Shown here: positions 20,583 through 30,251 of the stretch, piece after piece
Layout: every line of letters begins with the position of its first letter
Numbering within the stretch: the first letter of the stretch is position 1
From: Desulfomonilia bacterium
GTDB taxonomy: Bacteria; Desulfobacterota; Desulfomonilia; UBA1062
NCBI GenBank assembly: GCA_050014195.1
Contig: JBEKDT010000006.1
Location: 128,001-192,000 of the forward strand
Reading direction: 5' to 3'
Length of the DNA: 64,000 nt
Translations under genes and position numbers: made by a program
The notes under the pieces: generated by a model
Databases searched by the model: none
The model's input: the letters and a program-made list of their open reading frames with translations, nothing else
Told to the model about the DNA's origin: nothing

Positions 20583-20746
20583 GTGAGTCCGCCTTTGGTT
20601 ATGATTCAATTGCTATTAGATTATACCAGTTCATAGGAATCTTTTACAAAAGAAAGAATGCAGCATGGATGTGAAACCTTTTTCATACTGCAGCCCCCAG
20701 GCTCCAGCCCATAATTCAAGGGACGCATCTTTACCTGATCCCGCCG

Positions 20747-23700
20747 TCATTCTCCCATCTGCCGTCGGATCACCTGGGAAATCAACCTTTTTGTGAAGGG
20801 CTTCTCTATATACTCCCGTATACCTGCAGCCTTTGCCTTGTCCTGATCAACCGACTCGCTGTAACCGGTCATGATGATGATGGGAAGCTCCGGGCGTATC
20901 TTGAGCAACTCCACGGAGAGCTGCAGACCGGTCATCTCGGGCATCACTTGATCCGTGATGACAAGGTCGTAGCGCTGCGGCGCCGAGCGGAAGAGCATAA
21001 GGGCGTCCATGCTCGAGGTCAAGCTTGTGACCGGGTACCCGAGCTGATCGAGCATGATCCTGGTGAAATGGATGATGGACTCCTCATCGTCCACCACCAT
21101 GATGTGCTCTTTTTTGTGAAGAGTCGGTTCCTCATACTCTTCCTTGGGGAGATCCTCTGCGGGCAGACGTCCGGAGATGGGCAGGTACACCGAAAAGGTG
21201 CTTCCTCCCCCCGGGTTGGAGTCGACAGTGATGGCGCCTCCCAGCTCGGTGACGATGCCGTAGACCGTTGCCAGGCCGAGCCCGGTACCTTTGCCCTTTT
21301 CCTTGGTGGTGAAGAAGGGGTCGAATATGCGCTTCATGGTATGCTCATCCATACCATATCCCGTGTCGTTGACAATGAGCCGCAGGTGCGCACCCACCTT
21401 CAGGGGCGGGAGCTGCTGAACGTAATTCTCATCCAGGTTTACGGTATTGAGGGTTATGGTCAAATCGCCGCCGTCGGGTACCATGGCATGGTATGCATTG
21501 GTGCACAGATTTATGATGAGCTGGTGGATCTTGGCCGGGTCGCCATCCACCGGTCCTGCCCCGGGGTTGATACGATCGATGATGGTGATGTTCTTGGGGA
21601 TGGATGACCGGAGGAGCTTGATGGTTTCCCTGGCGATGAGCTGTACCTTTACCGGCTCCCGCCTGGATTCTACCTGGTGGCTGAAGGTGAGGATTTGTTT
21701 CACAAGGTCCCTGGCTCTCTCCCCTGCGTGGAGGACTTCCATGACGTGCTCATATGCCGGGCTCTTTCGCGGGACCTCTTCCTTGACGAGCTCCGAGAAG
21801 CCGATGATTGCCGAGAGAATGTTGTTGAAGTCGTGCGCAATACCGCCTGCCAGTGTGCCGATAGCTTCCAGTTTCTGGGATCGCAGCAGCTGCTCCTCGA
21901 GCTCCATCTCCTTGGTGATGTCCTTCTTGACCGCAACAAAATTCACGATATTCCCGGCCTTGTCCCGGATGGGGGAGATGGAGGCGTCTTCGTGGTACAG
22001 GGTGCCGTTTTTCCTGCGGTTGACGAAGCGGCCTGACCACGTGCACTCGCTGGTTATGGTCTCCCACAGACCCTTGTAGAAGGCCTCGTCCTGCATGCCG
22101 CTCTTGAGGATGCGGGGGTTCTGTCCCATAGCCTCCTCTTTGCTATAGCCCGTGATCCTCTCGAAGGCCGGATTGACATACTGGATCAGGCCTTCCCGAT
22201 CAGTGATGACCACACATTCCGCGGCCTGTTCGATTGCAGAGGCAAGCTTCATCATTTCCTCCTCTGCCTGCTTGCGCTCGGTGATGTCTATGATGGATCC
22301 TTCTAGTATCCCCTGTTCCTGGTAGAGTCGCAACGACGTGAGGCACGTCCTCACCTTGCCCTGCTTGTCCAGCATCCTGCATTCGAAATCGATGACATAG
22401 CCCTCAGCATTAAGCCTGCGGGACATTTCATCCCGTTCACCCGGATCGGCCCAGTGGATCACTGATGGATTTCCCTGCATCTCCTTACGTGTGCGTCCGA
22501 AGATTTTGAGGTATTGTTCGTTAAAATCCAGGATCTCGGACCCGTCAATTCTGGTCCTGAACATACCCACTTCGGCATTATAGAAGAGGTTCCGGAACTT
22601 TTCCTCGCTTTTTTTAAGAGCCTCCTCCGCCTGCTTGCGCTCGGTGATGTCCACCATGCTCCCCTGGAAATAGAGGATGGACCCATAGTCTGCCCGGAAT
22701 GTTGCCCCACCGATGGAGACCCATATGATACTGCCGTCCCTGCGCCTCAGCCTGGCTTCATAGTTGCTGAGGGTGCCGTTTTCTTCGAGGGTTCGTTTGA
22801 CCTCCCGGCGCTGTGATGGGTCGACATATACCTGGGAGCCGATATCGGTGATGGTCGAAACCAGCTCTTCAGGGGAATCATACCCGAGCATACGCGCGAG
22901 CGATGGGTTTGCCTGCAGGAACCTGCCTTCCGGCGTTGTCTGGTAGATCCCCTCCACCGCCTGCTCGAAGATGGTCTGGTACTTCTCTTCAGCCTGCTTC
23001 TTCTCGGTGATGTCCTGGATGATCCCGTCATAGGAGACGAGACGGCCACTGCGGTCATGGTATGGCACCGGGGTGTTCCTTACCCAGCGCAGCTTGCCGT
23101 CCTTGCGGATGATGCGGTGCTCGATGGCTTTAAAGGACCGGCCATTGAGGATATCCTCAGCCTGCCTCATCACGGCCTCCCGGTCCTCCTGGTGAACCAT
23201 GGTGATCCAGAGGTTCAGGCCATCAGAGAATTCCTCTACGGTATAGCCTGTGACGGCGACACATGCATGGCTGTGGAGGGTCTCGACGGCCTTGCGGTTC
23301 TTCACCGTGACGGTGAAGATGTAGTCGATCATCGTATCGGTGATCTTCCGGTAGCGCTCCTCGCTCTCCTTGAGCTTCCTGTCCATGTTATGCCGATAAA
23401 GCGCGATCTCGATTGTTGCCACAAGCTCGCGATCCGGTACGGGCTTGACCAGGTATCCATATGGTGCAGTGACCTTGGCCTGTTGGAGCAGAGGGTCCCG
23501 CGAGTAGCCGGTGAGGTAGACGACCGGGATGTCCAGATTGGCCCGGATGGTCTCGGATGCCTCGATGCCGTTCAGCCTTCCGAGAAGATCAACGTCCATG
23601 AGCACGAGGTCGGGCCTGTTGTCTGTGGCTGCAGCGATAGCCCTGTCGCCTGTCGCCACAGGATCGAGGACTGCGTATCCAAGTCGCGAAAGTGTCTCTT

Positions 23701-23764
23701 TCAGGTCAATGGCAATGATCCCATCATCCTCCACAATAAGGATGGTTTTTCCCCCCATGGTCAT
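20747..23764 (-). CDS. Hybrid sensor kinase REC-4xPAS-HisKA-HATPase-REC
   Basis: IVEDD receiver, four PAS units ending in DIT, AHDFNNIL, GTGLGL, C-terminal VVDDE receiver. Confidence 0.95.
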   Translation of the reverse strand: MTMGGKTILIVEDDGIIAIDLKETLSRLGYAVLDPVATGDRAIAAATDNRPDLVLMDVDLLGRLNGIEASETIRANLDIPVVYLTGYSRDPLLQQAKVTAPYGYLVKPVPDRELVATIEIALYRHNMDRKLKESEERYRKITDTMIDYIFTVTVKNRKAVETLHSHACVAVTGYTVEEFSDGLNLWITMVHQEDREAVMRQAEDILNGRSFKAIEHRIIRKDGKLRWVRNTPVPYHDRSGRLVSYDGIIQDITEKKQAEEKYQTIFEQAVEGIYQTTPEGRFLQANPSLARMLGYDSPEELVSTITDIGSQVYVDPSQRREVKRTLEENGTLSNYEARLRRRDGSIIWVSIGGATFRADYGSILYFQGSMVDITERKQAEEALKKSEEKFRNLFYNAEVGMFRTRIDGSEILDFNEQYLKIFGRTRKEMQGNPSVIHWADPGERDEMSRRLNAEGYVIDFECRMLDKQGKVRTCLTSLRLYQEQGILEGSIIDITERKQAEEEMMKLASAIEQAAECVVITDREGLIQYVNPAFERITGYSKEEAMGQNPRILKSGMQDEAFYKGLWETITSECTWSGRFVNRRKNGTLYHEDASISPIRDKAGNIVNFVAVKKDITKEMELEEQLLRSQKLEAIGTLAGGIAHDFNNILSAIIGFSELVKEEVPRKSPAYEHVMEVLHAGERARDLVKQILTFSHQVESRREPVKVQLIARETIKLLRSSIPKNITIIDRINPGAGPVDGDPAKIHQLIINLCTNAYHAMVPDGGDLTITLNTVNLDENYVQQLPPLKVGAHLRLIVNDTGYGMDEHTMKRIFDPFFTTKEKGKGTGLGLATVYGIVTELGGAITVDSNPGGGSTFSVYLPISGRLPAEDLPKEEYEEPTLHKKEHIMVVDDEESIIHFTRIMLDQLGYPVTSLTSSMDALMLFRSAPQRYDLVITDQVMPEMTGLQLSVELLKIRPELPIIIMTGYSESVDQDKAKAAGIREYIEKPFTKRLISQVIRRQMGE

Positions 23765-24060
23765 CTCCTGTTCCTGGGCCTGAACATGATGGTGACCCGT
23801 GTCCCGCCCGCCCTGTCCACTTCGATGGTGCTGCTGAGCTGGTGCTCGCCGAGCATCCGTACGATCCTAAGCCCCAGGTTCTTTTCCGATGCCAGGTCAA
23901 CATCCTCAGGAAGCCCCCAGCCGTTGTCCGCCACCGTGAGGGTATGTTGGTCACCGTCCCACCCTATGGTCACCATGATCTCGTTCGCCTCGGCACCGAT
24001 ATAGGGTCTGCCCTCAGGAAAGGCATACTTGAGGGCATTGGTTACAAGCTCGCTTATGAA
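23761..24060 (-). pseudogene. 5'-truncated HisKA_2-type histidine kinase (ATPase domain only)
   Basis: ISELVTNALKYAFP...VADNGWGLP...NLGLRIV; homology ends at the repeat boundary; in-frame stop at 24070-24072. Confidence 0.82.
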
Positions 24061-24357
24061 TCGTAGATCTCAAGATGAGATCGTCAGTGTATTTTCTCTC
24101 ATAGAGGGAATTATTTAAATGAGGGCTTGGCTCTCAGCCGCCCCCGATAAAACTGCTGACTACACCTTTAAGATATTGAGCAGGATTAATCCGAGCCATA
24201 TTCTTTATGATATCGATATTGGAGTGGAGATGTCGGGTGTCCAGCACCCACATGATATGACGTTTCTTATACGGGATACCTGCCCTGTCCATGTACTCGC
24301 ACGGGAAGATCTGTACCGTGACCGTCTTTATGTCATAATCTTTGCCGCACTCACAGA
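24054..24357. repeat. 304-bp direct repeat, copy 2
   Basis: Matches 9399-9702; left end carries the inverted repeat GATCTCA-AGA-TGAGATC. Confidence 0.95.
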
Positions 24358-26242
24358 TGGCTGCATGGAGCACATACCAGGGGACGGAGCTGTTCTGAGG
24401 CACAATAACCTTAATACTGTTGATCAGGTCGGAAAGATTAACGCCCCTGTCGCTCTGGTCGACGACAAAGTATGCTTTGGGATTGTTGTCATGGAATAAA
24501 GTATAGGAGCTGCATGTCCTTTTGAGCCCGTATTTTTTATAAATATCCCCGATGGATTCCCCGGGGCGTTTCGGTGAATCGAGACATAAGGCATCCACAA
24601 AGATGCCATCGGAGAGCTGCTTGTATGCAGCCCTGAGATTCTGGATGTCTTTGGGAGAGCTCTGTCTCATAGTCCAGCCCTTGGGCAGATCGGGAATTGA
24701 TTGGGGCAGATCTATGTTCAAATATGCAAAAATGTCCATAGAGAGGTGCGACGGGTTGTTCACTGCTTTATAGGCGTTGCTGAAAAAATTATTAGGGAAA
24801 CGGTTTTCAGGGGGGAAATAGATGATCATATAATCCATACCGATTGACGGCATCCGGGTGATACTGTCGAGATAGTTAAGTATCTGTTTCAGGACATATG
24901 GTCCGGTAATTTTCAGACCAATATCTTTGGTGGCAAGGTGGTTTACCAGCCATGACTTTTCATATGCCTTGATCAGAGAAACATGGCCATAGATCACACC
25001 ATTGCGCTCATACGTTAAATTCGCAAATATATCAGGACATTGATGGTACAGTTTTTTATATGTTTCTTTAAAATCGTCTTTGTACTGAGCGATGCTGGTG
25101 TATTTCTCCGGGTATATAAACCCGGACTCAAAGAAGAAGTTCCATAAGGATGCCATATCCACATCATAAGATACCCGTGCATAGGGGTCGTCGGCCCTTG
25201 ATATGACGTTGAACAGCTGATTGTAGGAACTAACATCAATATCGGTGATCGAAAAACCGTACTTGATACTGTTCTTTTTCTTCTTTTCTCCATAGACGAC
25301 CTGGACCGGGCACTTCAGATTGAGGCCGCCCGCAAACTCTATGAAGGCTTCATCAATAATCATGCCGGGCATGAGGAGCGACGAGTCTGATTCCACCATC
25401 ACGGAGAAGCCCGAAGAGTTGATGTCGACTATGTCATAGGAGACCCTCATCCCCGTCAGGGGATGCGTGAATTTTACTTCAGGGCTTGGAACGAGATTCA
25501 GACGCGGATTACGGTTTTTCCGCTCGCCGTATCTTTTCTGAGGAATATTCATGGGTGCGAGAACAATGGTTTTGCCCTGGTTCTCAGTACGGATGAGTTT
25601 GGACATACCCGAAAATATCAGCCTGCCACCACGCATAAGCTCTACTTTAATGGGCTCGTCGGTGGAGACCTGGGATTCGGATGTTGCCCATGGGATACCT
25701 TTCAATTCGATTCGCAGCCCTGCAGGATTGAACTCGTAAAGGGCTCCGGCATATTCGATGTCATCATGACTGACCCGTGCATTCACGTTTTGGCACTGAT
25801 ACCTTTTGGCATGACGGGCTTGATATATCACACCGGTCTTCCGAAGCTTGACATTTAATAGTCGTGATGTGATGAGAAGAGGATCCGCCTGCATCATTAT
25901 CACGGACTTTCCGTTGTCCACCAGGAGGCCCTTGAAAATGAAGTCTTCAAAGTCTTGGATGGATCCTTCCGGCAGCGAGAAAGTTACCTCGCTTCCGGTG
26001 CACGGCCCCGGGATTACCTTGAAGAGAAACTCCTCTTTGGTATGCGGGAAGATCATGTGTGCGAAAATTTGATCGTCAACAAAGTTCCTGAAATTCATTG
26101 CATTGATGAATTGTTTCTGATCAATGCTGGAGGAGAAAAATGGGGATCGCTTCAGGTCAGATCGCCTGAAAGGGATAAGGAAAGGGTTGTCAAGTAAAGA
26201 ATTTTCCTGGAGTTCTTTTCCGCCATGAACATCACTGCTCAT
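24134..26242 (-). CDS. Large PilZ-domain-containing protein with unassigned C-terminal domain
   Basis: RKNRNPR followed by DINSSG (RxxxR...DxxxxG); second degenerate PilZ-like segment (RHAKR...EFNPAG). Confidence 0.65.
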   Translation of the reverse strand: MSSDVHGGKELQENSLLDNPFLIPFRRSDLKRSPFFSSSIDQKQFINAMNFRNFVDDQIFAHMIFPHTKEEFLFKVIPGPCTGSEVTFSLPEGSIQDFEDFIFKGLLVDNGKSVIMMQADPLLITSRLLNVKLRKTGVIYQARHAKRYQCQNVNARVSHDDIEYAGALYEFNPAGLRIELKGIPWATSESQVSTDEPIKVELMRGGRLIFSGMSKLIRTENQGKTIVLAPMNIPQKRYGERKNRNPRLNLVPSPEVKFTHPLTGMRVSYDIVDINSSGFSVMVESDSSLLMPGMIIDEAFIEFAGGLNLKCPVQVVYGEKKKKNSIKYGFSITDIDVSSYNQLFNVISRADDPYARVSYDVDMASLWNFFFESGFIYPEKYTSIAQYKDDFKETYKKLYHQCPDIFANLTYERNGVIYGHVSLIKAYEKSWLVNHLATKDIGLKITGPYVLKQILNYLDSITRMPSIGMDYMIIYFPPENRFPNNFFSNAYKAVNNPSHLSMDIFAYLNIDLPQSIPDLPKGWTMRQSSPKDIQNLRAAYKQLSDGIFVDALCLDSPKRPGESIGDIYKKYGLKRTCSSYTLFHDNNPKAYFVVDQSDRGVNLSDLINSIKVIVPQNSSVPWYVLHAAICECGKDYDIKTVTVQIFPCEYMDRAGIPYKKRHIMWVLDTRHLHSNIDIIKNMARINPAQYLKGVVSSFIGGG

Positions 26243-26467
26243 TGTATACCCCCCCTGAGTGAATGATATGGTATCTAAATTATCCTACCCCCCGGTGCGG
26301 ATATTATAAAGAATTACTTCTTATGATCATACATGGATTCTCTCTCAACACAAGTGCCTTTTTGTGGCGATGAATAGGGAAGTCGAGAATTTTATAGTTT
26401 TATCATTCATATATCATTGCATCGGTTCACAATTTAGCTATATTGATATTATAATCATGAGTGACGC

Positions 26468-29170
26468 ATGATTTCACATGGGGATGATATGAAAGATGAC
26501 AATAAGACAAACCAGCAGCTCATAGAAGAGTTATCAGAAGCACACCGGCGCATCGCTGAATTGGAAAATTCGGTATATGAGGGCAAACGCATGGAAGAGG
26601 CTATGAAAGGGAGCGAAGAGCGCTACCGAATCCTTGCCGAGAATGCCCATGATTTGATCTGGGTCTTCGACCTCAACTTCGGCTACACCTATGTGAGCCC
26701 ATCAGTCAAACATCTTAAGGGATATACTGTTGAAGAGGCTATGAAACTTAAGCTTCATGAAGTCCTCACGCCTGATTCCTACACGAAGGCAATGGAGATA
26801 TTAACAAAAGAACGTTTCCTCGAGGAGGCCGGGCAGCGGCATGGTCCTGACTGGTCAAAGACCATCGAGCTTGAGATGTTCCGGAAGGATGGCTCGAAAG
26901 TTTGGACAGAGGTTACGCTGAACCTTCTTTACAATGAAAAAGGCTGGATCAAAGGCATTATGGGGATTACCCGCGATATTTCCGAGCGCAAGCAGGTTGA
27001 GGAGGCACTCAGGGCTTCGGAGGCAAAGTATCACCGATTATATGACAGTATGACGGATGCCTTTGTCAGTACTGATATGGACGGTCAAGTAAAGGAATAT
27101 AATGAAACGTACAGGAACATGCTCGGCTATAAACCGGAAGAAATCAGCGCGCTTACCTATTCCGACCTTACCCCTGAGAAATGGCATGCGCTTGAAGCCG
27201 ACATTGTTGAAAAACAGGTTCTTCAAAGGGGGTATTCGGATATCTATGAAAAGGAATACCGTAAGCAAGATGGTACGGTTTTCCCTGTGGAGTTGCGGAT
27301 GTTCCTCCTCAAGGACGATGGCGGGAAACCCACCGGTATGTGGGCAATCGTACGTGATATCACCGGGCGCAGACAGGCTGAGGAAGAACTGAAGGACCAT
27401 CGTGACCATCTGGAAGATTTGGTCAAAGATCGCACACTTAAACTCACGAAGGCAAATGAGAAGCTTAAGCTGGAAATAGAGGAGCGCAAACAAATAGAGA
27501 AAACGTTAAAGAAGAGTGATGAAAAATACCGCAGCTATTTCTCCCTCACCGATGATGTTATGTTCTCCTATGATAGCCAGTTCCGGGTCTTAAGCGTCTC
27601 TCCGAACGTAGAGAGGGTCCTTGGGTACAAGCCCGAGGAACTGGTCGGGAAGTACTTTCAGGACCTAACAATGCTCCTGCATCCGGAAGACGTGGGGGAT
27701 GCTTTTGATAATGCCCTGCATGTGCTCTCTGGTAAGACAATCTATACCAACATTTACCGGTTTATCACCAAAGACGGGGAAGTGAAATTTGGGGAGGCAA
27801 ACGGTGTTCCGATCATTCGCGATGGCCGTGTTGTTGCGATGATCACCGTGGCCAGGGATATCACCAAGCGCATCGAGATGGAAAATTCACTGCAGGAAAG
27901 CGAGGAAAGATACCGTATCACCCTTCAGAGCATGCCGGATGCCGTGAGCATTATAAAAATCAAAGATATGCGATATCTCTATGTAAATGATACATTCTGC
28001 AAGATAACCGGATACTCCTTTGAAGAAACCATCGGGAAAACGCCCTTTGACCTGAATCTGTCTGTGAGTTCCGAAGATTTTGATTATTATATTAAGCTCA
28101 TAAAAAACGACGAATTGGTTGACAGCCTGGAGTGCCAGTGCCGGACAAAAGAAGGGAATATTTTAGATACCCTCGTATCCGCCAGGGCGGTACACTACAG
28201 CGGAGAAGACGGTATGGTCATGGTAATGACCGATATCACCGCTCTTATAGAGATCAAAGAAGAGAAGAAGAGGCTGGAGATTCAAACGCAGAAAATGGAG
28301 TCAATCGGAACACTGGCAAGCGGTATAGCCCATGATTTCAACGACATTCTGACAACCATTATCGGCTACACCAAGATGTCGATGAAAGATATCATGGACC
28401 TGACGAGGGGGGATAAAGACTTAAACGTAGTACACGCTGACCTCAATGAAGTGCGTAAAGCGGCTATCCGGGCGAGAGACCTTGTAAATCAGATCCTTGC
28501 CTTCAGCCGGCATGCGGAGAAGGAATATGTCCCGGTAGTGCTCGATTCTACCATACGTGAATCGCTTAAAATGTTGCGGCCGTCATTACCCGCAAACATC
28601 AAGATCCGTGAGATGCTTGCCCCTTCAGGACAGATCCTGGGAGATCCGGCTCAGATTCACCAGGTTATGACTAACCTTTGTACCAATGCAGCCCATGCTA
28701 TGGGTGAGACCGGGGGAGAATTGGAAGTGAGCCTTCAGAGAGTTTTTATCGACAGTGATGCCGCCCTTAATCTGGATGTACCGCCTGGACCTTATCTCAG
28801 GATGACGGTAAGGGATACCGGTCATGGAATGACCTCAAAGGTTATAGCACGAATCTATGACCCCTATTTTACCACCAAATGGAAAGGACATGGTACAGGT
28901 CTGGGGTTGTCGATTGTTCATGGGATTGTGAAAAGCCATGGAGGTGCAATCAGCTGTAAGAGCGCTCCGGGACAAGGAACCGCTTTTGATATTTATCTAC
29001 CCGAGCTCGGATTTAAAAGAGAGGTGGTGGAAGATCTCGTTGAGATGGCCGACATGGCCGGAAACGAGAGAATCCTTAACCTTGATGAAGAGCTCCCTCG
29101 TGTTGAGTTGATGAGCAAGGAGAAAGCGGATCCCGGGACACACGTTAAAGACAGAAACAAGCGGTATTAA
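26468..29170 (+). CDS. Multi-PAS sensor histidine kinase with vestigial receiver tail
   Basis: Four PAS units, AHDFNDIL, NLCTNA, GTGLGL; start may be 26489. Confidence 0.93.
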   Translation: MISHGDDMKDDNKTNQQLIEELSEAHRRIAELENSVYEGKRMEEAMKGSEERYRILAENAHDLIWVFDLNFGYTYVSPSVKHLKGYTVEEAMKLKLHEVLTPDSYTKAMEILTKERFLEEAGQRHGPDWSKTIELEMFRKDGSKVWTEVTLNLLYNEKGWIKGIMGITRDISERKQVEEALRASEAKYHRLYDSMTDAFVSTDMDGQVKEYNETYRNMLGYKPEEISALTYSDLTPEKWHALEADIVEKQVLQRGYSDIYEKEYRKQDGTVFPVELRMFLLKDDGGKPTGMWAIVRDITGRRQAEEELKDHRDHLEDLVKDRTLKLTKANEKLKLEIEERKQIEKTLKKSDEKYRSYFSLTDDVMFSYDSQFRVLSVSPNVERVLGYKPEELVGKYFQDLTMLLHPEDVGDAFDNALHVLSGKTIYTNIYRFITKDGEVKFGEANGVPIIRDGRVVAMITVARDITKRIEMENSLQESEERYRITLQSMPDAVSIIKIKDMRYLYVNDTFCKITGYSFEETIGKTPFDLNLSVSSEDFDYYIKLIKNDELVDSLECQCRTKEGNILDTLVSARAVHYSGEDGMVMVMTDITALIEIKEEKKRLEIQTQKMESIGTLASGIAHDFNDILTTIIGYTKMSMKDIMDLTRGDKDLNVVHADLNEVRKAAIRARDLVNQILAFSRHAEKEYVPVVLDSTIRESLKMLRPSLPANIKIREMLAPSGQILGDPAQIHQVMTNLCTNAAHAMGETGGELEVSLQRVFIDSDAALNLDVPPGPYLRMTVRDTGHGMTSKVIARIYDPYFTTKWKGHGTGLGLSIVHGIVKSHGGAISCKSAPGQGTAFDIYLPELGFKREVVEDLVEMADMAGNERILNLDEELPRVELMSKEKADPGTHVKDRNKRY

Positions 29171-29205
29171 GGTTCTCTTGATGGAAAAATATACCTATTT
29201 ACTTA

Positions 29206-29769
29206 ATGAATTTATTATATTATTCCCATGTAACTGTGGATAGAAACAAGTTGGCCCTCATGGCACTCTGCGCTGCACTCACTGCAGCGGGTTCTTTTAT
29301 CAAGATTCCACTCTGGCCTGTAGCAATCACTCTTCAGACCTTCTTTGTCATACTTTCGGGGATTATCCTTGGCCCTCGCGATGGGGCCTTTAGCCAGCTT
29401 GCCTATCTGATAGTGGGTTTGCTCGGGCTTCCGGTCTTTTCCGGCGGGGGAGGACTTGCGTATCTTATGCAGCCGTCATTCGGGTATCTTATCGGTTTTG
29501 TGATTGCACCTCTTGCAGTCGGGAGTCTGCTGAGAAATAAAACGCTTACCCATAAGTCGGTATTCATCGCCGCGCTTGCAGGAACACTCGTCATCTATAG
29601 CATCGGCATCCCCTATCTGGCTGTCTATATGCGTATGGTGTTGAAGAAACCTGACGCCATAAACTTCGCTATCAAGACCGGAGCCCTGGTATTTCTGCCC
29701 GGAGATCTCCTCAAATGTCTGATTCTGGCTATGATCGCGCCCAGACTCAAGTTACAGAGGCATACATAG
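29206..29769 (+). CDS. bioY: Biotin ECF S-component BioY
   Basis: PVAITLQTF, YLIVGLLGLPVFSGG, PSFGYLIGF, FLPGDLLK; start uncertain. Confidence 0.92.
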   Translation: MNLLYYSHVTVDRNKLALMALCAALTAAGSFIKIPLWPVAITLQTFFVILSGIILGPRDGAFSQLAYLIVGLLGLPVFSGGGGLAYLMQPSFGYLIGFVIAPLAVGSLLRNKTLTHKSVFIAALAGTLVIYSIGIPYLAVYMRMVLKKPDAINFAIKTGALVFLPGDLLKCLILAMIAPRLKLQRHT

Positions 29770-29895
29770 GGTATGATGTGAGAGTGATCTTTTCAGGTTC
29801 TCGATCAATATCTAAGGGACACAACATTCTTATTCCGGATTCTTCTCTGAGAAGCATACTTATATGGTTAACATCTTTTCCTCAGCCCATTGTTA

Positions 29896-30140
29896 TCACC
29901 ACGAAGGACACGAAGAGTGGTTCGCATCCTAATTCTTTTCTCACCACGAAGGACACGAAGAGCACGAAGATGATCTAAAAAATGCAAACAAACACGCTTA
30001 GACCCTTTGAACTGGTCCGCAATTTCTATAAAATCCTTTTTTCGTGTCCTTCGTGCTCTTCGTGGTGAAGTACTCTTCTGTCTGCTAGAGCCCATGCTCC
30101 ATTTTGGTTGCGGCTATGCTGCGCTAAGCTCTTCGTGGTG
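29896..30140. repeat. Cluster of CACGAAG(GA/AG) 9-nt-unit repeats in direct and inverted orientation
   Basis: TCACCACGAAGGACACGAAGAG at 29896 and 29941; inverted copies at 30041-30068 and 30128-30140. Confidence 0.85.
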
Positions 30141-30251
30141 GAATATCCCTCTCTCGTGCTCCGCAATGATCCGAGTATGCTTTACTGTGATGAACCTTAT
30201 TCCGGGTTGGGGGATACTGAATGCTAAACCCTGACATCGGTCTCACAGCAG

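Noticed and set aside
29896-30140. Possible CRISPR array
   Set aside because: Units are 9-nt internal repeats in both orientations, with no regular unique spacers and no cas genes.
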